From: Cycas panzhihuaensis
Taxonomy: Eukaryota; Plantae; Cycadophyta
Assembly (NCBI GenBank): GCA_023213395.1
Contig: CM041465.1
Span: forward strand, 231,329,741 to 231,393,740
DNA: 64,000 nt
Direction: 5' to 3'
In this document: piece after piece, positions 38,872 to 53,700 of the stretch
Numbering within the stretch: the first letter of the stretch is position 1
Layout of the letters: each line of letters opens with the position of its first letter
Notes under the pieces: generated by a model
Databases searched by the model: none
What the model was told of the DNA's origin: nothing
What the model saw: only the letters and a program-made list of their open reading frames with translations
Position numbers and translations under genes: made by a program

Positions 38872-41800
38872 TCACCTTTTCTACAAGCCAAGAGAAGTCA
38901 AACACCATTTAAACTTCTCTAATAGTACTAGTTTTATGAACATATCAGTATAATTTTGTTTTGTGTTAACCTTATCAAGTGCTACTCCACCTACTTCCAC
39001 AACCTGTCTAACAAAATGGTACTAAAGAGCAATATGCTTTGTCCTACTATGATAAGCTAGATTCTTTGTTAAGTAAATGGCACTTTGACTGTCACAAAAT
39101 GCCTTTACCTTTTCTTATTTTCTTCCAAGCTCAACTAATAGACCCTATAACCATATTGCTTCTTTACAATCATGTGTTACAACAACATATTTAGCTTCTA
39201 TAGTCGATAATGTAATTGTGCTCTACAATTTTGACATCCAACTAATTAGACCATTTGCAAGAGTGAATACATAACCTGAAGTAGACATTCTCTTATCTAA
39301 ATCTCTTATAAAGTCTAAAACAACATAACCACAAACCTGATTACTTATACCTCCAAAGGTGATGTAATAGTCACTTGTGCCTCTCAAATACCCAAACACC
39401 CATTTCACTACTACCCAATGTTCCTTTCCTGGATTTGCCATAAACATGCTAACTACATCGACTGTATGTGAAATGTCAGGTCTTGTACATACCATGGCAT
39501 ACATCAAACTTCCTACTACACTAGCATAAGGCACACGAGACATATAATCATTTTCTTCTTCATTACTATGACTCATACTCGAAGAAAGCTTGAAATACAA
39601 AACCAATAGGAAACTCACTAGTTTCACATTTGCCATACCAAACCTGGTTAGCACCTTCTCGATATATTTCTACTGTGATAACCATAGCTAATCATTTTTC
39701 TTGTCTCTATATATCTCCATACCTAAGATTTATTTTATAGCTTCTAGATCCTTCATATCAAAAGTCCTAGCCAATTGAGCCTTTAACTTATTAATTTCTG
39801 CCATGCTCTTACTTACAACCAGTATGTCATCAACATATAATACCAAGATAATGAATAAGCCATTGTCTAAGAATTTAAAGTAAACACAATGATCATACTC
39901 ACTTCTTTTAAAATTTTGGCTCTCTATGAAGGCATCAAACTTCTTGTACCATTGCCTAGGTGATTACTTCAAGCCATATAATGATTTCCTAAGCCTGTAA
40001 ACAAGTCTGTTCCTACCATCCTGTACAAACCCTTCTCACTAATCCATATAGATCTCCTTATCTAAATCTCCATGTAGAAAAGATGTTTTTATATCTAACT
40101 ACTCCAACTCTAAATCAACAGAAGCTATCAATGCTAACAGAACTTGAATTGAAACAAGTTTGACAACTGGTAAAGATATCTTATGAAAATTAATACCTAC
40201 TTTTTATGCAAAGCCTTTAGCCACCAATCTTGCCTTGTATTTGTCAACCTTTCCATCAACATCCATTTTCTTCTTGAAAACTCACCTGCAACCAATAGTC
40301 TTCTTGCCATGTGGAAGTTCTACCAAGCCCCATGAATTATTTTTCTTCAAAGCATCTATCTCTTCCTGCATAACCCTCTTCCACTTCTCACTATGGATAT
40401 CATCTACTGCTTCTTGATAATATGTAAGCTCACCATCATTAGAACCCAAAGTAATAGAAATAGAAGGGTTGTACCTGTCAGGTGGATGACTGACCCATGT
40501 AGATCTTCTAATAGTTGGTGGAAGATTGTCCACATACTTCTTTAAATCTGTTGTAGATTCATCTTTAGAAAGATCTTCATACTCTTATGTTTCTAAATAT
40601 GATTGGGATTCAAACTTAACCTGTTGATGTTTAACTTTCTACTCCTATTTCACTTCAAATTCTACACTATCTAATTTTAAAAAGGGAGATTCATCAAACA
40701 TAACATCTCTATTAATAGTAATTTTATGGGCAGTAGGATCCTACAACCTGTATCCCTTCGCACCATCTCTATCACCATAACCAACAAAGATACATCTCTT
40801 GGATTTTGGGTCTAACTTTAAACGTTGACTTTTATCAGTCAAGGCATAAGCATCACAACCAAAAACTTTTAAATTTAAATAGTCACATGGATGTCCAGTC
40901 CATACCTCTTCAGGAATCTTACAATCTATTGCAAGTGATGGTGACTTGTTTACCAAATAGTAAGTTGTTTGAACATCTTCTGCCTATAAGCCTTGCTCCA
41001 CTCCTGCATTACTTAACATGCTTCTTGCTCTTTCTAAGAGTATCCTATTCATGCACTTAGCTATGTCATTCTGTTGTGGAGTATAGCTTGTGGTCTTATG
41101 CCTTTCAATCCCAACTTCTATGTAATAATTCTTAAACTCTAAGGAGTTGAATTCACCTCCATTGTCAGTTATTAAACATTTGATTGACTTGCCAGTGCTC
41201 TTCTCAACTAGAGCCTTGAACTGCTTCAACACACTAAAAACTTCATATTTCCTTTTCAAAAAACAGACCCATACCTTCTCGGAGTAATCATTTATAAATG
41301 TGATAAAGTACAATGATCCTTCATAAGATATTGTAGGGGTTGGTCCCCACACATCTGAATGCACATAATCTAGAACACCTTTACTAGTGTGACTCTCTAT
41401 TTTAAACTTGAGTCTACACTACTTTCTAAAAATACAATGTTTGTAAAAAGCCAAATCTGAAAGTTGTAAGTTAGGAAGTAACTTACGGCTCATTAGCACC
41501 TTAAGTCCTCTCTCACTCATGTGCCGAAGTCTTTGATGCCATAACTGAGTTAGATCTTCTATAGTCTTTGATGGTATAGTTGTATGGCTAACATCTGTAC
41601 TTTCCACTAAAATATAAAGGTTTCCTTTCTTTAAGGCTTTCATAACAACCAAGGCACCCTTTGATACCTTTAAGACTCCTTCATGACCTATGTACTTATA
41701 ACCACCAGAATGTAGTTCACCCAAGGAAATCATATTCCTTTTCAGACCAAGTATATGTTTAACTTTAATTAATGTTCTCACTGCACCATTGAACATTTTA

Positions 41801-42798
41801 ATTATGGTGCTACCAATGCCCATTGTCTTATAAGAAACTTCATTTCCCATAAGTACATCACCACCATCAAGAGGTTGGTATGATGAGAACCAACTCTTGT
41901 GTGGACACATGTGGTGTGAAGCACCCGAATCTAATAACCAATCATGATGATAATGGGAAACATTATAAGAAACCAAGACATCATCATCCATACCTTGATT
42001 CGACTCCACCTAATTAGCCTCCTTGGCAGGATCTTCTTTTTTCTAGAACTCCTTCCTTTTGTAGCAATCCTTCTTGAGGTGACCTGTCTTATTATAGTGG
42101 CAACATCTGAGCTTACTCTTCTTACCTTTTGGCTTTGAACTTGATGTGTCCCTAGAGCTTTGTTCTCTCTTAATTGTTCTACCCCTTGTTGTCATAGCTT
42201 TTAGTGTGGAGGTTTCAAGACTAGACTTCCTCCTCACTTCTTCTATCAGCAAAGCACTTATAATAGAATCATAGTCTAATTTATCTTTAGTGCTAAAACT
42301 AATTGAGGTGACAATATTATCTCAGGATTCAGGTAATAAACATAACAAGATAACAGCCTTGTCCTCATCCTCAATCATGACATTGATACTAGCTAACTAA
42401 TAAATAAGAGTATTAAAAATATTTAAATGGTCAGTAATTTTTATACCTTCCTTCATTCGTAATGAGTATAGTTACCTCTTCAAGTAGATTCAATTTGTCA
42501 CTGATTTGGTCATATACAAGCCTTCCAATTAGGTCCATAATCCTACTACTGTCTGCTCCCCTACGATGTTAAATAGAACTTCATCTGCCAAGCACAATAA
42601 TATTATGCTAAGAGCCCTTTTGTTTAGATCATCCCATTCTTCATCGTCCATCCCTACGGGTTTCTTCGATTTGCTTGCAAGAGCTATGTACAAACCTTGT
42701 TATACTAGAACATCATACGCTTTTAATTTCCATAACTTGAAGTTGTTTTTGTCATTGAATTTCTCCACCTCAAACTTTGCATTCGCCAGTTTTTCCAT
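38872..42798 (-). pseudogene. TE9 gag-pol remnant
   Basis: MEKLANAKFEVEKFNDKNNFKLWKLK; WLLDSGASHHMC; HSDVWGP; TDNGGEF; LDPKSKRCIFVGY; VPYASVVGSLMYAMVCTRPDI. Confidence 0.95.
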
Positions 42799-42870
42799 TT
42801 GATATAGAAAAAACTGACACCAAAACCTTCATAAACTTACTGCAAAAATAAAAGTGGCTTTGATACCACT

Positions 42871-43528
42871 TGTTAAGAAGACAAGGTCCCAATAACCTGA
42901 AACTGCCACCAAGATCTAAACTATTTTATAACTAGTTACAAGAATCAAAACTGAAATTTAACATGCAAGTTCTTAAACCAAAGATAATACAATAAAATAA
43001 ATAAGAAAGCCAAGCATGACATATACACCCTATATAACGTGGTAAAACCCTAGTAGTGTGCTAGGGAAACATCCACACAAGAAAGGTATTGATCTTTATT
43101 ATTAAAGAATGGAGAAATATACATAATCTATAATAGAATACTCATAGAAACAACAACCAGCCACCCAACTCTTCACGGTACATCCAATATATCAAACACA
43201 ATCAACATAATGAAAAAACACCCTAAATCGGGCTATATGAGAGAGTCATATAACGCACAAATCTCGACCATAGAATTTAGGGTGTTTTAAGTGAACGGCC
43301 CTGATTCTTTTTACAATTTAGTATGTTTTTCAGTGCTATTTTTTGGGGTTGAGGGCTATCGCTCTCGAACCCCCTCTTTACAAGGCATTCCAACACCCCC
43401 TGACACCGCCCTAGCCAAGGGGGGCTCCCGCTGCCCTTGGAACCTCCCGAGGAAGTTTGAGGGGGAAACCACACTGCCAACCTGTCAAAATTTTAACCTC
43501 CAAAATATTGTTGTCATATTATCTAACA
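42871..43528 (-). repeat. TE9 5' LTR
   Basis: Direct repeat of 38232-38823; ~66 bp longer in the GC-rich block. Confidence 0.93.
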
Positions 43529-43604
43529 AAAAGCTTATTAAATCTTTTAGCAATAAGGCCATAACCCAATTGAAAAACTTAATAAAACTTTAATTTTGAA
43601 ACTA

Positions 43605-44260
43605 GATAAATTATTGCCATGAACTCCATAAGTTTGTAACATTATAAACTACTATTAACATTTCAAGAATTACAATATTAGTAAATTTATAACTAAGTCT
43701 TCATAAATTGTAATATTAAAAAATTATAGCTAAAATTTCATAAGTGGTATTATTTACAGATTTCTATTAGGATTTCAAAAATTGAAACCTTTATGGATTG
43801 TAGCTAGGGTTTTAAAAGTGATAACATTAATAGTTTATTACTATCATTTTACAAGTTGCAATAGATAATAGATTACTACAAGGGATCCATTACTTGTAGT
43901 ATTAATAAGTGTTTACTTGAATTTTAGTGATTACAATATTGATAAGTAGTTGCATAGATTTCAAATATTGCACCTTTAGTAGATTATTGTTAAGGTTTTA
44001 TGAAATTACAATGTTGACAACATGTTGCCAAGGTTACTTGAGTTGTAACAACTAATGGAATTCTACGAGAATTTCATAAGTTATGATGTTAACAAGTTTT
44101 ATTATTAGAATTTTAAAGATTTTGATCTTAGAAAATTGTCAACGTTTCAAAAGTTGGAATAATGATAGGTTTTCATTAGGGTTTATAACATAAATAAGTG
44201 TTGTTAGGGTTCTGTAAGTTGCAAGACCAAAAACTTGTAAGAATTTCATAAAACAAAACT
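43605..44260 (+). repeat. Degenerate ~37-bp tandem array (~17 units) in the TE1 5' leader
   Basis: ttca/ttta anchors at 43662, 43700, 43737, 43774, 43811, 43848, 43886, 43923, 43960, 43997 and onward. Approximate consensus tagattattgctagggtttcataagttgcaatattga. Confidence 0.8.
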
Positions 44261-44321
44261 TGGCAACTTACTAAACTAAGGTCAAAATTTAAAAATAGTA
44301 GATTACTTAGTTTGGGTATAG

Positions 44322-47300
44322 ATGGAAAGGATAAGATATGATATGCAAGCATCCCAAGAGGGCCAAAATGATATTTATTTAAAAGAGATGGAAACAGAGA
44401 TATTTTTTAGGCATAGGTAAAACTCACAAAATGTTATATCAATGGCATTAGAAGAGATGATCTAAAGCCAATAAAAGCAATTAAGAAGCTATAGAGAGGA
44501 TAATAAGAAGATCCTTAAAAACCATGAAATAATGCTTTATAATATCCAAAGGACCATAGAGTAGGAAAGGTATGAAATGATTCAAATATAAGAAGCAATA
44601 GGAGAAGGAGTAGATCATGAGAGTTATCAACTTGAAAACACTTAAGTAGAAACATTAGATAAAAGACTTAAGGTCATAGTAAGGAATTTTACTCTATAAG
44701 CACAACATCCTCTAATAAAATGTTGAGGTTAAGACAAAGAGAATGAGAAGGCAGGAGAAATACACTACAATTTAAGATGAGGAAGGTGAAATTGCCAATT
44801 TTTAGGGGAGAAGTAAAAAACAAAGATGGAGTTAAATCTTAGTTACTTAACATGGAGAAATATTTAAACTTAAATAACTTCAATTATGGTGAGAGTAAGA
44901 ATAGTAGTGTATAATCTAACAAGTAAGGCATCCTTATGGTAGGAGCACTATAAGAAGATAAAAGGCTTCCTAGAGGAAGACATAAAATGGAGTAAATTTG
45001 TAAAGTATTTCAAGTAGAAATACCTTTTGGAACAATACTATGATAAGAAAGTAGAGGCCTTCCATGAATTAAAACAAGGAAGGAAGTTAATAGGTGAATA
45101 TGAAAGGGAGTTTATGGAATTAATTCAATATGTACCATATATCTAAGAAGAAAAAGTGAAAACTCACAGGTTTGTCAATGGCTTAAATGAAAGCATACAA
45201 AACAAAATTAAAATGTTTTAACCAAAAACCCTAGAGGAGGTGATTCATAAGGCCAAGTGTTGTGAATCTCAATGACCTCATATGTAAGATAGACCTATTG
45301 TATGGAAGGGGAAGAAACAAATAAAACTAGGTCCATCAAGGAGGAATTTCAAACCTCTAAATTTTAGACAAGGACATAAGGCCTATAATCATTTCTAGGG
45401 TAACTCAAAACCTAACTTACCACAAGGTAGATCTTGAATAGACTTGGAAGAAATTAGATGTTATAAGTGTAATGAGCATGGGCATTACTTCTTAAATTGC
45501 TTATATCGGACAACAATGGAAGGAGCAACTCACTATTTCGAAATACAACCTATAATAATGGATAAAATTCAAGAGATAAGGCATATGCACGTGGATGTAG
45601 CTATTGAAGGGAGGCAGGCAAACTTACAGTTTACCATGGTTTAAGCAACTGGTAAGATAGTTATACATGATCTTGCCATATTAATTAACAATAGGAGCAG
45701 TCATAACTACCTACATCATAATATTACATAAAAGTATAGTCTCTAAATACAACTTCATAAGATTAAGTGGCTTGTGTACATGGCGAGCAAAAGTAAAAGA
45801 AAGGTAACATAAGAAAGCTATTAGATTGGGGAATTTAGTCAATAAGTATAACTTTCCAAATTTTACCTTTAGGTGATTATGATGCTATGATTAGCCAAGA
45901 GTGGTTAGAGGACCACCGCGATAAAATTGATTATTACGAAAATTTGGTTGAATGTTGGAATGATGTCAGTAAACCCATAATTATTTAAAGGAAAAAGATT
46001 CCATTAGGTATATATTTCTATTATGCAAGCAAAAAAATATCTGAGAAAGGTTTGTCGAGCTTACGTAGTCCATATAAATAAGAAAGGAATACAAAAAGGA
46101 CCTAGACCTAAAGACCTCCCAATTATATAAGAATTTAAAGATGTATTTCTAGATAAATTGCTTAGATTACCTCTTAAGAGAGATTTTGATCACCCTATTG
46201 AACTATTGATAGGGGCTAAGCCAATCTCTGAGGCATCTTATTAGTTGGCTAGACCAAAGTTAAAGGAGCTAAAATGCAACTATAGGATCTATCAAATAAA
46301 AGATCTGTTAAGTTAAGTGTGTATCCTTGGGAAGCCTCAATTATGTTCATAAAGAAGAAAGATGAGACTTTAAGATTATATATTAATTATAGACAACTAA
46401 ATAAGGCTAGTATTAAAAATAAGTATCCCTTGCCCAGAATCAAGGATCTATTTAATCAAGTGAAGGGTAAACAATTATTTACTAAAATTGATCTAAGATC
46501 TAAATATTATTAGATTAGAATAAAAAAAGAGGTCATTTTTAAGACTACTTTCATAATAAGATATAAGCATTACGAGTTTTTAGTGATGTTGTTTGGTTTA
46601 ATAATTATGCTAGTATCATTTATTTGTCTTACAAATAGCATGTTCAAAGATTACCTAGATAAGTACATCATAATATTCATCAATGATATATTAATTTACT
46701 CAAAGACTTTAGAAGAGCATGAGGAACATTTCTATATAGTATTGTAATTGTTGTGTAAACATAAACTATACACTAAACTTAATAAATGTGAGTTTTATAA
46801 AGAAGTGTATTATTTGGGACACGTGATCTCTGAGGCTAGAATTTTTATCAACCCTCAAAAAATAATGGCAATAATCGATTAGTTGTTGCTAATAAATGTA
46901 TAGAAAATGAAGAGCTTTATAGGACTCGTGGGATATTATAAAAGGTTCATGAAGGGTTTTTCCAAGATTACAATGCTTATCACTTCATTATAGAAGAAGA
47001 ATGCCAAGTTCATCTAGATAGAACTATGCAAGAGCAATTCTAACTATTAAAGCATTTGCTTATGTTGGCACCCATTTTAATTATACTAGACTTAAACTCT
47101 AAATTTTTGGTCTACATAAATATGAGAATTGAAGGGCTGGTCATTGTCCTAATATAGGATAAAAGAGTTATATCACATAAATTGCAAAAGCTGAAGGATT
47201 ATAAGAGGAAATACCTAGTTCATGTTATGGATCTTACAACAGTCATGTACCCACTCAAAGTATGGTGGCATTGCCTACTAGGGAAGAGCTTTAAACTCTA

Positions 47301-48911
47301 CACTAATCACGATAGCTTGAGATATATATTTACTTAGCTTCACTTGAATATAAGGCAACAAAGGTGGTTAGAGTATGCCAATGACTTCCATTTATTGCCA
47401 CAATATGTTAAAAGCAAGGAGAACATAGTTGTTAATGCTTTAAGCTAGAGGCAACCTGTTATTTTAATAGGTATGTGCCAGATAAATCTACTTAATTCAA
47501 TTTTAAAGGCTTGTCAAGAAGATGAGTTTTATAGATAGGCAAAAATTAAGTAACAAGTGTAAGAAAATGTGGATGTTGGACTTCTAAGAAAGTATGCAAG
47601 ATTTCATAGGCTTGAAATTTATGCATTGGCATTCAAGTAAAGAATGTATGTTCCACCCAATTATGCAAGAAGCCCATACCAAAACATATGCAAGTCATCT
47701 TAGCTATTAAAACACATATGCAATTGTAAAAGGATAGTTCTACTGGCCAAGAATAAAGGATAATATTATAAGCTTTAATACGAAATGCTTGATATGTCAA
47801 AGAATCAAGGTTGAACACCAACATCCAATAAGATTATTGCATCCACTAGAAATTCTTGAGTGGAAATAGTAAAATATCATGATGGACTTCATTATAGGAC
47901 TACCAAGGAGCAATAAACAACATGATGCAATCATAATGGTGGTATATAAATTGACTAAATCAACGTACTTTATTCAAGTATGTATAATATACACTACATT
48001 TGATATTATTGCCATTTTTATAAAAGAGATTGCTAGACTACATGGTGTACTAAAGGCCATACTATTAGTTAGAGCCACCAAATTTACCTCCAAATTTTGG
48101 CAATTTATGTCCCATGAGCTAGTAATTAAATTAAGGTTTGGTAAAATATACCATTTAGAAACCAATGGACAAACTGAAAGAGTAAATCAAGTACTCAAGG
48201 ACTTCCTCAAGATGTATATCATAGAGCAGCCGATTAATTAGAAAAATTATTTGTACCTTTCTAATTTTGCTTACAATAATGTAATATATTCCTCAATGGG
48301 AATGAGTCCCTATGAAATACTATATGGTAGGAGATGTAATATGCCTTTAAGCTAAGAAAGCTTAGAGGATAGGCATGTACTTGGTCTAGAAATATTATAA
48401 GAAATGGAAAGATAAATGATTAGTATTAGGCAATAATTGAAGGTCACTCAAAGAGCTATGCAAACTTGAACTGGAGAACAAAAGAATTCCAAGTGGGAGA
48501 TCATGTGTTCCTTTAAGTAAGCCTTAAACATAGTTCCATCAACCTAGGAATGTGTAAAAAACTTTCTCCCATGTAATGTGGTCTTTTTGAAATTCTAAAA
48601 TGAATTGGTTAGGTTGCTTATAAGCTCACATTACCTCTCAATCTTCAAGTGAATAATATTTTCCTCATGTCCTATTAAAGAAATATGTGCCTGATTCAAA
48701 CCATATTTTTTATTTGACTAACACGATGGTTAGACCAAGTCTTGAATTTGAAGAAGACCCAATAAAAATCTTATACAATAAAGAAAAAATATTATGGAAC
48801 AGAGTCATAAGATGAGTAAAAGCACAATGATGGCAACTAACCCCATAAGAGGTTGTTTTGGAATTAGAAGATGACATACGACAACATATATACTTGCTTG
48901 CAGCAAGTTGA
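44322..48911 (+). pseudogene. TE1 gag-pol remnant (gag with zinc knuckle, protease, RT, RNase H, integrase, chromodomain-like end)
   Basis: CYKCNEHGHYFLNC; [12 protein letters not shown] and [13 protein letters not shown]; IFINDILIY (~46675); MDFIIGLPRS; YHLETNGQTERVNQ. Gypsy domain order. Confidence 0.92.
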
Positions 48912-48935
48912 AATGCATAAAGACAATGCTTCTTT

Positions 48936-48949
48936 GGAGGGGAAGGGGG
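48936..48949 (+). promoter_or_regulatory. TE1 polypurine tract
   Basis: ggaggggaaggggg immediately before the tg at 48950. Confidence 0.88.
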
Positions 48950-50167
48950 TGTAAGGACCCAACTCTAAGCTAATCAAATATCCATATCCTTCTTGCATAG
49001 GTTGCTTCTAAATCATGATGCTTCTTACTTATGTACATATACTTGTAAAGATTTTCTTTCTCTCTCAAATATTGTTCTAATATAAAGTTCTTTTAATTTC
49101 ATAGCTTTTAGTCACCTTATACAAGGTGGAAGCCTATTCCATACTCCACTAGGTGTTAAGGATGTACCATCTACTATTTGTTTCTATTTTTGTACATCCT
49201 ACATAAGTTAGAAGCTACTTTCATGCTCCACCAAGTGTGAGGATGCACCAACTTTGTGTATAGTGAAGTAATCAATTGTTTGAGTCATGATGTAATTTAG
49301 GTTACTAGACTTATGCTTTTAACGCCTTAGATGATTTAATTTGTTTTGTTGTGGCTTACATAATATAGAAGGTAACTAGATTACTTTGGATGGGTGGCAT
49401 AGACAAGGGAGCATGTGATATGAACAAGGGAAGGATAAGGGGGAAAAATAGATGTAAGGGTAGAAGGAAGATACAAGATTTTATAAATATCTTCAAAGAT
49501 GTTATAAATTTAGTTGAAGAATATTATTTGTAGAGAAAATCTCCATAAAGTGAAAGAAGGGATTCATAGCTTTCTAATGACTAGTGGATTATTAAAAATA
49601 GACTAAAAAGATATAAAGTAACTAAATTGATTCTCTAGTTGAAATTTTCTAAGTATGAGTCACTTCGCAATCCCACAAATGAAGAAGTAAATGGAATGTT
49701 TTGGGTGTCTAACTCTGAAACCATGAATACAAAGGAGATTACCTTGTGATCTCACAAATAAATGAATGAAGGAGCTTCAACACTACAATTGCAAATATAA
49801 ATGAAATTACCTCATAATCTTGTAAATGAATGAATAACGAATCTTTAAATTTGTAAATATGAAAATAAAGGGTAATACAAAGGAAAAGCCCTTGCAATCT
49901 TGCAGATAAGCCTTTGAGAGCCAAGCACTCACTAGAAAGTTTAAGAAATGTGAAAATAAAGGGATAAATAATATAACATCATAGTTTGACTTATCACTTC
50001 TACATTTAATATCATAATCATATAAGATCATTTTTGTACAACTTGGACTGAAGTCATTTAGGCATATGCATAGGCAAAAACTACCCAAAAATTCCCTACA
50101 AGAAAAAAAAATTAGAAAATAGAGGTAATGGATAGTTGATAGTAATACTAATAGTGACAATTATTAG
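48950..50167 (+). repeat. TE1 3' LTR, segment 1
   Basis: Colinear with 698-~1891. Confidence 0.9.
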
Positions 50168-50639
50168 TGTAGCATTCCCTTCTATAGTACAATCAACTTT
50201 TATTATGTATAATGTCTTAGTTTGGTTGACTTCTAAATAGCTGTATTTATGTTTCTTTTTGTTGACTGCCAAGAGTGTTCTAGCCAAACTCTTCTCTTTG
50301 TTCTAGTTTACTTCTATAATGCTTCTTAGCCAAAATCTTTGACAACATTTCACCTGCCTATTTATAGGGTTATTCAGCCTTGTTCTAAGGCATTTTGAGA
50401 TATTTAAATATGCGATATTTTTGGTATTAAGGAGTGTAGTTTGGAGGTCGCCTTGTGTTAAAGAAGGAGCCAGATTTAAACCTTTACTTGGTATTTTAGT
50501 TTATTTTATGAACTATACAATAATATATTTTGTACATTTCTCTTTTCTCTAAATAAATTACTTAAATTAGCCTTCAAGTAAGTCTAATATATAAAGATTT
50601 AGAAGTATTTAAAGCATGAATCCTTATGAGATTCCTACA
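50168..50639 (+). repeat. TE10 5' LTR
   Basis: First half repeated at 55165-55415. Confidence 0.88.
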
Positions 50640-50765
50640 AGTGGTATCAAAGCCTCATTGTCAAGGTATCTTACAAAAAAAATCAAGCTCAATAGACATT
50701 ATCTAAGTGACCAAACAAAAAAAGGGCCAAACAAAAAAATTCCCCTTATTTTTCTTATAACAGAG

Positions 50766-53700
50766 ATGAGATTAGGAAAGACTCTTGAGGCCTATAAAAT
50801 TGTGAATAAACCATCTATTACCATTAAAGATGTAAATAAGAGGGTGGACAACTTAATCAATGACTTAGCCTGCATGGAAAAATCTATGACTAGGATCAAA
50901 GATATGCTCTGGGGATCCTAAAAAGAGACAATACTTCAAAGATGAGTGAAGAATATTAGACAATGGAGGAAATGAATACCAAGAGGAATGGTAGCTCAAA
51001 CCAAGCAAGAGTCTCAAAGGTACCAAAATTTTCCTTAAATTGTCTAACTCAAATAAATTAAGAGACATCCACTTTTGGATCATATAAATAGAAATCTATT
51101 TCCAAACAAATGCATTATTAAGCAAGGAATAAATTTTAGTGGCATTCCTCCACTTATATGGAAAGGCACTAAGGTGGTTCGATTGGTGGAGAAAATTCTA
51201 TAGAGGAATAAAGAATGACAATTAGATCTTTCTAAATGAATGTCTTATAGAGTAATATAAAGACACTTGGAATATAGTCTATTTCACCCAATTGATGCAC
51301 TTACAACAAATTGGTTTAGTTTAGTCTTATATCAAACAATTCCAAATGTTATATAGCTTAGTTGACCACAAAATTATAGAAGAATTACTTATTTAAGCTT
51401 ATGTTACAAGGTTAAGAGCAAATATCAAATGCCATCTAAAGACAATCAAAGCAATCGCCTTAAGTATAACTATATTCCATGCTAAGAATATAGAAGCTGA
51501 GTGCAAAGAAGGGAAACCAAACTATACATATCGAATTAAATTTCCCTACCACAAGGGCTAAAATTTCCAACTAAACTATAATAGATTAGGAATAAAAGTA
51601 GAAGCCCTAATTACTGAAGAAAATAATGAAGGATTAGATGGGAATAAAATCTCAAAAGTAGAGCATCTTAAGAAAGGGACCTACTTTAGATGTTGAGGAA
51701 AATAAAATCATGACCACAAATATCCTTCGAAGAAAGTATTCATGATCAATAATGATGATGTAGATATTTTAGATAAAATAAAAGAAAAATAATTAGATAT
51801 TTAAGTCAAGTTAGATATTAAAGAATTACTCAACACTAATACTGAAAATATCCAGATATTATTATAGACAATTATAGGTGAAGTCCACACCCTAAAAACT
51901 CTATGCTTTTAGGGTACAATTAAGGGAGCTAAAATTGTAATCCTAGTTGATATCAATAACATACACAATTTCATTAATAAATTGATTGTAGAAAAACTGG
52001 GGTTACCTATCCAAGCCCTCAACACATTCTAAGTTGTTATTACCAATAATAAAACCATGACATTTGGAGGTTATTGCCTAAAGGTAAATCTCTAAACTAC
52101 AAATTACTCCATGACTACATGCACATTCTCCATGCCAATAGGAAAATATGATGTTGTCTTAGGAATCTAATGGTTACAAAACTTGGAGAACATCATAACC
52201 AAACATAAAACTTAATTCATAAGTTTCTATAAAAAAGGGCACAAGTATAAGCTATAAGCACCCTACACATCACCTACCTAGTTGGTGGCATGTATCGCAT
52301 GGAGAAATTATTAAATAAAAGGCTTGCCTTATATATAATGACATGTTATGAAGTCACAATTGAGGACATTCCATAAAAAGTACAATCCATTGATCAACAC
52401 AACAAAGTCTTTGAAGAACCCCCATAGGTTCTACCACTAAGCCATAGATGTGAACACCCCATTGAATTGATACTGAGAGTAGCCTCAATGAACATCCATC
52501 CATATTGATACCCCTATTAATAAAAAAGGAGATTGAAAAGATTTCTCAAGACCTCTTACACCAAGGTTACATCACCCCTAACATTAGTCCATTCATGGAC
52601 TATTGTGGACTCAACAAGCTCATAATAAAAAATTACTACCTCATTCCTCGGATAGATAATATGTTGGATGAGATACATTGAATGAAATATTTTTCCAAGA
52701 TCAATCTATGTTTAGGTTACTACTAGATTCGCATAAAAGAAAATTATATGTATAAGACAACATTCTATACACATGAAGGATTGTTTGAGTTCTATGTTAT
52801 GCCTTTTAAGCTAATAAATACTCCAACTACCTTCTAAAGTGCTATGAACAAGGTATTTAAATCCTTTCTACATAAATTTATGTTAGTTTTCTTTGATAAT
52901 ATGTTGATTTATAACTTAATATAGTAAAAATACTTGGAGCATATCAAGCTCGTACTACAACTCTTGGAAGACAACTAATTTCTTACCAACAAGAATAAGT
53001 GAACTTTTAGTCAAACAGAGTTAGAGTATTTGGGGCATATCATTATACAAGATGGAGTTAAAATAGACCCCATGAAGGTTTAGACAATCTTGGATTGGCC
53101 AATGCCCAAAAATATAATAGGACTTAGAAGCTTTTAAGGAGTTATTAGATTCCTCTAATTATTTATTAAGGGATATGTATATATCACCACACCTCTAACT
53201 GATCTTACAAAGAAGGATGTTTTTGCTTAGAGCCAACTAACTAAAGATGCATTCCAAGGACTAAAGACCACCATGACCACATCACCAATCCTTATGACTC
53301 AAGATTTCTCCTAGCCATCTACATTAAAATGTAACACATCCAGAGTAGGCATAAGGGCTATCTGACTCTAAAATGAATGACCTTTAGCATATAAGAGCTA
53401 CAAGCTAAACACACAGGAACAATTCAAACCCATTTATGATAAAAAAATGTTAGCTATAATGCATACCATACATCAATGGTGATAAACCTACTTGGGAATA
53501 AATTCATCATCAAGATAAACCACAATAGTCTCAAGTACTTCCTAAATCAAAAGACACTATCTAAAGAGTGACAAAAGTGGGTAAGCAAGCTTAAACCTTC
53601 AATTTCACAATATGTATAAAAAGGGTGAAGAGAATATCATTGTAGATGCACTATCTCAGATACCCAATGCTAAAGATGAGGATGTCTGTATACAAGATAT

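Larger units (their letters stand above)
38232..43528 (-). mobile_element. TE9: Ty1/Copia LTR retrotransposon (Tork/Tnt1-like)
   Basis: LTRs 38232-38823 and 42871-43528, both TG..CA. Perfect TSD aaaag. PBS gctttgatacca 42857-42868. PPT atctccaccttg at 38824. Confidence 0.95.

Noticed and set aside
43605-44260. CRISPR-like array (37-bp period)
   Set aside because: No invariant repeat alternating with unique spacers, no cas genes, and the context is a eukaryotic retrotransposon.
4334-51083. Short 60-120-aa ORFs in LTRs or antisense to pol as host genes
   Set aside because: They lie within TE sequence and show no domain motifs or exon structure.
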